A stretch of 64,000 bases of DNA, taken from Fimicolochytrium jonesii (Eukaryota). Below, one piece after another: positions 47,245-57,426 of this stretch. The translations under genes were made by a program, and so were the position numbers. The notes beneath the pieces were generated by a model. It had not been told where the DNA came from. It saw only the letters and a list, made by a program, of their open reading frames with translations, and ran no database searches. The DNA is taken from assembly GCF_025526975.1 (NCBI RefSeq), contig NW_026515681.1, positions 248,001 through 312,000 of the forward strand. Reading direction: 5' to 3'. Numbering within the stretch: the stretch's first letter is position 1; every line of letters begins with the position of its first letter.

Positions 47245-50200
47245 ATGTCGCTCCCGTACGGCAACACTTCGCCGTCAAAGCACTACCCGCCATCAGCCGC
47301 CTCCCCTTCACCACACCAACAACAACAACAACAGCAGCAGCAGCAGCACTACCACCACCACTCCACCTTCTCGCCAAATTCCTCCTCATCTCCCTACCTC
47401 CAAAATGGCGCCCTCCCGCCACTTCCGGCAACTTCATCCCCACGCGTCCAACGCTCACTCACAAGCGACACACCAATCTCAACAACGATCAACATGAACG
47501 GGCTCGGCATGGGGGGCGGGTCACGGCCCGGCACGCCGTCCAAAGCCCAAGCAGCGGCGGCCATGACTCCCTCCGCGCGGTACGCCACGACGAGTCTCGC
47601 GGACACCATCTCGCAGCACACCACCGATCTGGCGTCGGGGCTAACGACGCAGGAGGCGGGCTACCGACGGCAGATCCACGGTGCGAATGAATTGACGCCG
47701 ACGGATGCCGAGACGTTGTGGTCAAAGTTTGCGGAACAGTTCAAGAATCCGTTGATATTGTTGTTGTTTGGGTCCGCGGCCGTTTCGTTGCTGTTGGGGG
47801 AGGTGGATGATGCGGTGAGCATTGCGCTTGCGATCGTGATTGTGGTCACCGTGGCGTTTGTGCAGGAGTATAGGAGCGAGCAAAGTCTGGAGGCGCTGAA
47901 CAAGCTGGTGCCGCACTACTGCCACGTGTTGCGGGATGGTGGGCAGTTGAGCACTGTCCTGGGGACGGAGCTGGTGCCGGGGGACGTGGTGCGGTTTAGC
48001 ACCGGGGACCGTATCCCCGCCGACGTGCGGCTGGCGACCGCGCACGATCTGCAGATTGACGAGTCGAGCTTGACGGGGGAGAACGAGCCGTGTGGGAAAC
48101 ATCATGATGTCGTGGAGGGCGATAGCGTCGACTTACCCCTCGCGGACCGGCGGAATATCGCATTCATGGGCACGCTGGTACGGAACGGGCACGGGTCGGG
48201 TATCGTGGTCGGCACGGGCACCCACACCGAGTTCGGGATGGTGTTCAGCATGATGAAGGAGGTCGAGGTGCGCAAAACACCGTTGCAGATGAAGATGGAC
48301 CATCTCGGCAAACAGCTCTCGCTACTCTCCTTTGTCATCATCGCCATCATCACCCTCATCGGCATCGCCCAGGGCCGCCAGTGGCTCGAGATGTTCACCA
48401 TCGGCGTCTCCCTCGCCGTCGCTGCCATCCCGGAGGGTCTCCCCATCGTCGTGACGGTAACCCTCGCCCTGGGCGTGCTCCGCATGGCCAACCGCCACGC
48501 GATCGTCAAAAAGCTGCCGTCGGTCGAAGCCCTGGGATCAGTCAACATCATCTGCGCGGACAAGACGGGCACCCTGACGATGAACAAGATGACCGTGCGC
48601 AAGATCTTCACCCTCGCCCAGCAACGGGTCGTTGACCTCGAGGAAGCGGCCGACCGCGATATGGTAACGTTACCCGCCCCGATGATGCTGTACAAGATCG
48701 GCAATCTGTGCAATAACGCGCATGTCGATGAGAGCGGGCATACGGTCGGGCAGCCGACTGAGATTGCGTTCTTGGAACTGAACCGCCGGCTCGGATTACC
48801 TGATGAACGTGTGCAGGCGACAAAGGTCTCGGAACAGCCGTTCAACGCCGAGCGGAAGTGGATGGCTGTGGAATACCGCAGCAACACCACGCAGCAATTC
48901 ACCACCGCCGCGCACTCCCCCTCGCCCACTCCCCAACAACAAACACTATTCTACGTAAAAGGCGCAACCGAACCCGTCCTCGCCCGCTGCAAACGCTACT
49001 ACGTCGGTCCTAACGACGAACGCGTCCTTGACGCCTCGGTGCGCACCCTCGCGGAAACGATCGCGCAGACGGTCGCCCAGCAAGGGTTGCGGCTGCTGTT
49101 CCTGGCGTATGGACCGCGGTTGGATGATCTGACCCTCGTCGGCTTTGTCGGGATGTACGACCCCCCACGGCCCGGTGTACCCGAGGCGATCGAGACGCTT
49201 GTGAAGGGCGGGGTAAGGATGATGATGATTACCGGGGATTCGGGTGAGTTCTGGCCAAAAAGACGTGTCTTTCCTCTGCGTAACACTCTACAGGTCCGTG
49301 TTTTTCTGACCGGAAATCTTATTTACGTCAAACAGCCGGAACAGCAACCTCCATAGCCCACCAACTCGGCATTCCCCTCTCCCCCACCTCTTCCACCGCC
49401 ATCCTCTCCGGCCCAACCCTTGACACCCTCTCCCCGCACGACCTTCCGCACGCCCTCAGCACCTGCTCAATAATCTACCGCGCAACCCCTAAACACAAAA
49501 TGGCCATCGTCCGCGCCCTCCAATCCACCGGCAACATCGTCGCCATGACCGGCGACGGGGTCAACGACGCGCCCGCTCTGCGCCTATCCGATATCGGCAT
49601 CTCGATGGGGAAGAGCGGCACGGACGTCGCGAAGGAGGCCGCGGACATGATTCTGGTCAACGACGATTTCGCGACGGTCTTGTACGCGATCGAGGAAGGC
49701 AAATCCATTTTCTACAATATCCAGAACTTCCTCCGGTTCCAGTTATCCACCTCCTTTGCGGCGCTGTCCTTGATCGCCATCGCCACATTGGTCGGGTTAC
49801 CCAACCCCTTGAACGCGATGCAGATCCTGTGGATCAACATCATCTGTGACGGCCCCGTTGCGCAGTCGTTGGGGGTGGAGAAGGTGGATCCGGACGTGAT
49901 GAAACGGCCGCCGAGGGTTCAGAGTGAGCCGATTGTGAACAGGGAGCTTGTGGGGAGGGTGTTGGGGAGCGCGGCGGCGGTGGTGGTCGGGACGGTGTTT
50001 GTGTATGCGCAGAATGTGGTGCCGGATGTCGGGGGTGCGGTCGGCGTGGGGGATGTGCCCGGGGTGGAATTGGATGAGGCGACGAGGTTGGCGAGGCGGG
50101 GGACTACCATGGTATGTGTATACACACACACTCTCTCTCCTCATCATCATCTGCACCGAAGCTCTCCTCCCCGGTGACGATCGATCCTAACACCCTCCCT

Positions 50201-50750
50201 TTCTTGTTTTCACCCCCAGACATTCACAGTCTTCGTCCTAACCTCCCTCTTCAACGCGCAAACCTGCCGCTCCCCCACACGTTCCCTCCTCTTCGGCCCG
50301 CGCGCGCTGGGCCTCTTCACCAACAAGCTGTACAACCTCTCCGCTCTCCTCTGCGTTCTCTTCCAGTTCGCCGCGGTGCATACGCCCTTTCTGCAGAAGG
50401 TGTTCCAAACAACCCCGTTGAGTTTCGGCGATTGGCTCGGGTTGTTTGGCGTGGCCGCTGGGGTGTTGGCGGTTGATGAGGCGGGCAAGTGGTGGAGACG
50501 GCGGAGCCGCGTTGGGGGGTGGACTGAAGCGGGCGCGGAGCGGAGGGGGAGTAGTTACCCCGCGCCACCGCCGCCGCCGATGATGTCGCCCCAGTTGAGG
50601 ACGCCCGCGGCGGTGGGGGGGTGGGATGGGTGGCGGGAGCGGGCGATGGGGTGGTTGGCACCTGTGGGGGATGGGGGTGCGGAGGCAAAGGCGTGGAAGG
50701 ATGGAGGGTATGAGACTAGGCTACCGCTTGTCGGGGGGGAAAGTGTGTAG
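47245..50750 (+). CDS. PMR1: Secretory-pathway Ca2+/Mn2+ P-type ATPase (P2A, Pmr1/SPCA); 3 exons
   Basis: [28 protein letters not shown], phosphorylation site [59 protein letters not shown]. Confidence 0.95.
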
Positions 50751-51798
50751 GGAGGCGGGGATGGCGATCGACACGTTTCTCAGCGGCCGACCGTTGGATG
50801 CCCGCCGTGATTCCCCCCATCCCCTCGGTGCCTTCCTCTCGCGGTTCGCCCCCACAGATCTGCCCCTCAACCCTCGAATACGTGACCACCACCAGCTGCA
50901 CGCATCGCATCGGAAAAATCCACCACCCCGCATACCGGTGGATACGCACATTAAAACATCACATAGCCAACCCTTCCCCCCGCGTCGCTGTACCCTTACG
51001 GCCGCATTCTGTTCGTAACATTCCCACCCCCCTGACGCCGAATACGCATAGACTTCTGAACATACATATATACCCGCCACTGTAAAACGTTGTCGATTGG
51101 GGAGGAACAGGGACTCGGCTGATCGGGTGGGTGTGAATAGATGACATGACCATGCAAGTGACACCCCCTGTACCTCCCACATCCGAACTTTCTCTTGGGA
51201 AACGTTTCGTATGGAGAATGCCCGACGATGCCTTGGCCCTACCTTCCATTTACCAACCGTGATACGAGGCCTAGTCGTCGGAAACGCAGGAATTGACCGT
51301 ATGCCTCCACAACAGCCTACTATTTACCAACTACCTTCGTCTACATTACGTGCCTCCGACCTCTACCATGCAGATACAAATACGCCATGTCCGGGGGTTC
51401 TGAAGCGGGGGGATGTCCTCATCCGACCTGCTCGTCCGTCTTGTGCGAAAGCCGCGCGCACCAGCTATTAGTGGGTATATTGGGGGGGAAGGCGCCGTGA
51501 GGGTCCATGCGAGGGGGGATGGATGTCCACTCCTCCCGTTTATCTATTCGAGGGGAGGGAATACGCCGTGCAATGGAGTGCCCACCGGGCGGGGAGTCAC
51601 CGTCGCGAGCGCTGGGGAAATGGGACGCCTCGGGGTGTCGGGCAAGATGATCCAAGAAGGGGTGGGTCGTCACCCACGTGTCCGGCGTCGGGCGTGGGTG
51701 ATATCGTGCACTGTCCGTCAGAACAGATCCCCGTTTTCCGGCGGGATCCGGGTTGTCGCAGGGTCCACACCCGCCGCCTCGGAGGATAGCTTCACGCC

Positions 51799-53774
51799 TC
51801 AGATGCCGTTTGCACCCCCTTCGCCCTCCCCCTCCTCCTCCGCCTCCCGCGCACCGCCCCTTGCAAACTTCCCCAACACCGGCACACTGATCTCCGTATC
51901 GACATAAAACTCCATCAAAAAATTCTCCAGCGCCCTCAGATGCCTCTGCTCAGCCGCCGCTGCTCCCGACGCCGTTGTGGTGGGTGTGTACGGGAACGCC
52001 GAGCTGGCTGCGGAGAGGGGTGGTGGTGGGGAGAGGAGGCTGGGTGTCGGGGTGGGTGGTGGGGCGGCTGGTTTGGCGGAGGTGGTGACGGTGTGCGTTG
52101 TGACACCCTTCACGTCTCGCGTGTCACCCGCAGCCGCCACCACAGTCCTCCCTTGCTTCCCCCTCCGTCTCCTGGCTCTCGGCACCGCAACATCCGCCAA
52201 CGTAGTGAACTCGCCATACTTGCTGTGTAGATACACCTTCATCTGCCTCCCAAACGCCGCGTGGATGAATCCGAACGGCTGGAGGCGGCGCGATCCGAAG
52301 AGGAAGATGAAGAGGGTGGTGAGGAAGGAGAGGACTCCGCCCATTGCCACGAAGATGTCGATCGGGGTGTAGGATTGCTCTTCTCGGTTGACGACGGCGT
52401 CGTAGAAGTTGGGGATGCCGAGCTGGGTTAGTTCGTTGATGAGGGAGACGCGGAGGTAGATGCTGGGGATGCGATGGGGAGCGGGGGGGAGAAGTCAGCG
52501 GAGGGAAGGACGACGGAGCATGAATACCAGCCCCGCGTGCGTAATGGAAAGTCTGCGACAAACGTAGGGACAGCTTACCTGGACGTCCGCCCGGTCGCCT
52601 TCCTGGCGGCCTGATCGTAGTTCCTGAGCGCCGGTGAATAGTAGAAAGAAAGAGACTGACCGAGCGTCCATCCAATCTTGACCTGCTCATCCTCGCGCAA
52701 CTTCTGGTCAAATCCGTACGTGAGATACACGTCCAGCGTGTTGTTATAGATGACCGCGGCGGGGAGGGCCGAGAGATGGAATTCGTCCGCGTTGGAGGGG
52801 AAAATGGCGGTATGCATCCTATCGCTGCGGAAAGGCCACTCTTTTCCACCCTCGCATATGCGCCCCGAGTCGTTGCGGTAATGGTATCCGCAATTCACGC
52901 TGGCGATGCTTGTGCTGAAGTTCGGGTCGCTGGTATTCGAGTACGCCGTGAATTGCAGCGCCGGATCAGGTGCGAAGCGGTGGCAGGGCACATTGGCGTC
53001 TTCGGGCAGTTTCCATGATTGCCAGGCCGCTTGAGATGGTAAGCTGATGGGATATACGTGGTGGGTGAGATCCACCGTGCGCACTTCGTTCTGGTCCTGC
53101 GGGACAATCTCGCCTATGCAAACGGCTTCGGCGTCGCCGAAGGCGGAGGATGTCGCACATTGGGACTTGTAGTGCGCTGGATTGAGGCAAAAGATGATAT
53201 GCGGGAGGTCTAAGGTTGTCCTTCTGACAGTGGACTTTATCAGAGGTGTCTGGGGAGAGTGTGAATCGGGTTAGAAGAAAAGGCATGTGCGAGTATGGCT
53301 TCGCCATCATCCCTTCCCCCAATCCAATATCCATACCTGCTCGAGATACCGGTGAACATTGACCGCACTGGCAGTGAGAAACATAGCCGCCATAAGCGTC
53401 ACCGCAAACGTCCGCAGCCTCCTCACGCTAGCCGGGAACGGCACGGGTTTGCTCGCCGGCGCTCCTTCTCCAAAACTGATACCACTGACAGCGGAAGCCG
53501 GACTGAAGACGGTCGACGTGCTGGTTAGTGGTGTGGCGGGGGAGAGGAGGTGGCTGTCCGCGGCGGGCGAGGCGTGACGGAGGTTGGAGGTGGAGAGTGC
53601 GGCAAGCTGGCGGACGCGGGGGTTTGAGGAGCGGGGAGCCAGAGGAGTGGACTCTATGGGTTCTAGCGAAGGACTTGTGGTGAGAGTGACGGAGGGAGGC
53701 AGTGTGGAGAACGGCGGCGGCGGGAGCTCCGAGTCTGGAGTTGCAGCTGGAGGTGTTCCTTCCAGCGGGGACAT
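51799..53774 (-). CDS. Two-TM membrane protein with Cys-containing ectodomain, DEG/ENaC-like topology; exons 53774-53337, 53249-52579, 52462-51799
   Basis: TM1 TFAVTLMAAMFLTASAVNV, then YLEQ|TPLIKSTVRRTTLDLPHIIFCLN, an ectodomain of about 250 aa with several Cys and N-glycan sequons, EEQSYTPIDIFVAMGGVLSFLTTLFIFLFG (TM2), and tail RALENFLMEFYVD. Confidence 0.75.
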
Positions 53775-54103
53775 ATTGAGGGGGCGTGATACTTTTGGCG
53801 AAAAAGAAGTTCTAGAGTGAACCTGAATAGTCTAGCGGTGCCTGAGTAACCGAGCCTCACCATATAAGACCTTCTGGGGGATATGCGCTGTCCCTCTGCC
53901 GGTGCGCCCGTCGGTTGAGCGTGCCGTGCTGTCTCAAAAAAGCGGCTTGAGAGGCTCGAGGCTCGAGGGGAAACACGCGCTGTCAGTCGAGGCGTCAGAA
54001 CACTCTCGTCTCCTATCAGTTCCTATAGCAAGCGTAGAACACTCTCTACCCCCAACTCACAACACATACAATACATACACTAGTACACTCACTACATGCC
54101 ATA

Positions 54104-55478
54104 ATGGACCTGGTCAACACAGCCTCCCTCGGCCCGACCTCCCTCGACAACATCCGCGCAGAGCTCGTGCGCATGGAGGACTCTATCATCTTCGGTATCA
54201 CCTCGACATTTTGAAACCCCGCTCGCTCCATGAGGATAACCACTCACGCAACGCCTTTCTATCGTCGTTCTTACAGCACTGATAGAACGAGCGCAGTTCG
54301 CTCAAAACACGAATATCTACCAGAAGGGGTTCTTTGAGGGCCTCGACTCGAGTTTTATGGAGTTTTTGCTGCACGAGATAGAATGCGCTCATGGTGAGGA
54401 AAAGAAAAGGGGACGGAGAGAAGGAGGCCATATCCGACCTAGGAGCGCTCCCCAGCGTTGGGGTTCCACCGGTCTGCCATGAAGCTATGTGCGTTGTTTG
54501 TTCACTGACGCATACGTTCGTCCTGTTGTCTCGCGTCTCGTCTAGCCAAAGGCCGCCGGTACACAAGGTAAGGCTGTGTCCCCTTCCGAGTTCCTCCATC
54601 TCCATCCCTCCGCTCACTCGCATCTAGTCCCGATGAATACCCCTTCACCTCCCCCCTCCCCCCACCCGTGCTGCCCGCCCTCTCCTTCCCCCCATTACTG
54701 CATCGCAACACCATCAACCTAAACGACCAGATCATGGACATCTACATCACCAAGATCGTGCCCCAGCTCTGTCCGAAAGGCGATGACGCGAATCATGGGA
54801 GCGCGGCGGCGAAGGATGTGGATGCGTTGCAGTTGTTGAGCCGCAGGATACATTACGGTGGGTTGATGTGCAGGACGTGGGACCATGTGAGGTGGGGGGA
54901 TCCCATGTTGATTCGACTTACGCTTCTCCGCCCATAGGAAAGTTTGTGGCCGAGGCCAAGTTCAACGATCCGGAACACCACGACCTGTACGTCGAGCTGA
55001 TCAAGGCACAGGACGGTGACAAGATCATGGTATGAAACCCAAAACACAGATCGATATCCGAAGATATTGCATCCCGAGACTCGTTGCTCAGCGTGATTCC
55101 TCACACATGCATGTTTCCCCCTCCCCCATCTCCTGACTTGGTTCCCACCCTATTCTGCAGGATCTCCTAACAAACCATACGGTCGAACGCCGTCTCCTCC
55201 GCCGTCTCCGCCGCAAAGCACTCATCTACGGGCAAGAAGTCGATGAAGATGACGACGAGCTCCCCACGCCGACACACACCACCCCCAACAATCACACCCA
55301 CAATCACAATCACACACATCCATCAACCACAACCACACCAACAACACACCAAAAACCCGACCCATCGACAAAAACACCCCGTCTGTCCCGCGACGTCGTG
55401 GCAGACATGTACGAGCGGTTCGTGATCCCGCTGACGAAGCAGGTGGAGGTGGATTACCTGTTGACGCGGTTAGGGTGA
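54104..55478 (+). CDS. ARO7: Chorismate mutase, eukaryotic AroQ type; 6 exons including a 22-nt exon (54546-54567)
   Basis: LDNIRAELVRMEDSIIF|ALIERAQF, RRYT|SPDEYPF, LQLLSRRIHYG|KFVAEAKF, VIPLTKQVEVDYLLTRL. Confidence 0.95.
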
Positions 55479-55876
55479 TGTCCCTTGGCATTAACGGTAA
55501 TGATGGTCATTCGTGCCCGCTGTGAATTTTGGGGTCGTGATATGCGAGCACCCCCTTTTTGTATAGGCAGTTTGGTCCGCATAAGCTACTACGTACTCGT
55601 TTAATTTTCGCATTTCATGTAATCCACAGTAATGACACATCGTATCAACATAGATCAGAACTGCGTTCGGAGGTTTTGGAATTGATGGTATTTCCAAACG
55701 ACATGTCCCCGCCTCTCTCGCGCGAGGTGGGGGTATGATAAGCCGGGTTGTCATCTCAGAAGACATGAAGGGCCCATATCGGCCTCTCTCGAATACAAGC
55801 ATGCGCATTACATGCCCCCAGCACAAAACGGGTTCCCTCCCAACTTCTAAACCAGCCGACAGCGCCCCCACCACAC

Positions 55877-56815
55877 TCATTGCCGTATAAAAGTCGGCTG
55901 CGGGGCCGGCGCGCTATACGGATTCAACGGATTCGCCACGGGCGCAGGCGGTGGCGGGGCTCCCATCCCAATCATCGCCGCCCTCCCACTATCCATCGCG
56001 CCAACCGCACTCCCAGCACCCGGCGCCGCAGGAGCCTGGCCAGGAAACGCCGGCGGGGGCGGCATCCCCATCCCCATCCCCATCGGCGGCATCCCCACGG
56101 GCATCCCCATCCCCATCCCGGCAGCCCTCTCCGCCCTAAAGAAAAACTGCAAATGAAACTGCCTCGCATCCGGATCCCAGAACGTCCAAAACCTTCCCTC
56201 AGCGCCCGTATCGATCTCCTTGCTCTGCACCTTAAACGCGATCGTCTCATACGGTTCCGCCGCAAACAGCAGGTACTGGAACGCGCGGTTGGGTTCCTCC
56301 TGCCGCTGCTCGTACGCCGACATGAAGCGGTGCCGCGGCTTGATCCCCTCGGCGGCTTCGGGGTACTGGATCTGGAACAGAAGCCCGAGCTGCCGCGTCG
56401 ACGGGTCCCGGATCTTCGTCACCTTGTACCCCGGCCGCCCGATCTTCACCGCCACTTTCTTGGGCACGATCCGCGGCCCGACACCCCCCGTCGTCGACCC
56501 GTCCGTGAGAAGATGCTGCGCCGTCCCGACGTTCTGCGAATCGTGCGCATCCTTCGCCGCCCGGCGCGCGAGATTGGTCTGGTGCTTCTTCCCCTGCGTG
56601 TGCGCGAGGTACGAGCCTTCGTTGTTGTGCAGCGTGAGGCAGAGCTTGCATTCGTACGAGCCGAGATGGTTCTTCATGAAGTATGGGTCTTTTGCGAGGT
56701 CGATTGTCTCGAGCGCGAGTTTGCGGAGACGCTCGCGCCGGTCCACGTTGGATTCGGAGCCGCCGGCTACGCCGCCCGAGCCGGGTTTGGAGCCTGCGCG
56801 GTTTTGGAAATCCAT
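55877..56815 (-). CDS. SF3A2: U2 snRNP splicing factor 3A subunit 2 (SF3a66/SAP62/Prp11), intronless
   Basis: MDFQNRAGSKPGSGG, RRERLRKLALETIDLAKDPYFMKNHLGSYECKLCLTLHNNEGSYLAHTQGKKH, KIGRPGYKVTK, YLLFAAEPYETIAFK, Pro-rich tail. Confidence 0.97.
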   Translation of the reverse strand: MDFQNRAGSKPGSGGVAGGSESNVDRRERLRKLALETIDLAKDPYFMKNHLGSYECKLCLTLHNNEGSYLAHTQGKKHQTNLARRAAKDAHDSQNVGTAQHLLTDGSTTGGVGPRIVPKKVAVKIGRPGYKVTKIRDPSTRQLGLLFQIQYPEAAEGIKPRHRFMSAYEQRQEEPNRAFQYLLFAAEPYETIAFKVQSKEIDTGAEGRFWTFWDPDARQFHLQFFFRAERAAGMGMGMPVGMPPMGMGMGMPPPPAFPGQAPAAPGAGSAVGAMDSGRAAMIGMGAPPPPAPVANPLNPYSAPAPQPTFIRQ

Positions 56816-57426
56816 TTCGGGGGTGGCAAAGGTTGGTGGTAGCGGTGGTTGGTATCGCAGGTACTGTACTATCGCTCTCGCTATGGATCGAGGGTAGGGC
56901 GAATGTGGAGGGTCTTTTCAAAGTTTGTGAACAGATCAAGTGTCGAGTTGCTGGATGACCTGCTTGGCAATTCAGTTCTGTTGAGAGAGCGCCGGCCAGG
57001 AAGAGAACAGACTGAAGCCAAGGGGAGTCTGGTGTGTTGCTGAGCAAATGGGCAAGCCGATCTTGCTGTGAGCTGTGTGGGATTTTCTGGGTTCAGAAAG
57101 GGCGAAAGTCCCCAGAGATCCGTCAAGCAAAGGTGAGACTGGGAGGAGATGCTTTTCGACACTTTTCGACAAGCAAGTGCTCCATGCCAAACGCACATCC
57201 CCATGTACCAACCAGTGAGTAGCCAGCCAACACCGTCCACCCCCTCCCTACCTTGCAACCTCTCCCCTCACCCATACATCACACACAAGAAAAACGCACA
57301 AAACCGCTCAAATGAAGCCCAAAAAATCACTATTGCGTTTAGAAGTGGGAGGCACTCCCCAAAAAAGTTTTCGTACGCCGCAGCGGGGCATCCCACAAAA
57401 TAGAGATAGATAAACCCCACATAGCA

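Noticed and set aside
8063..55478. BAHD acyltransferase plus chorismate mutase as an aromatic biosynthetic gene cluster
   Set aside because: They are about 45 kb apart, separated by unrelated housekeeping genes, and no backbone enzyme or transporter is present.
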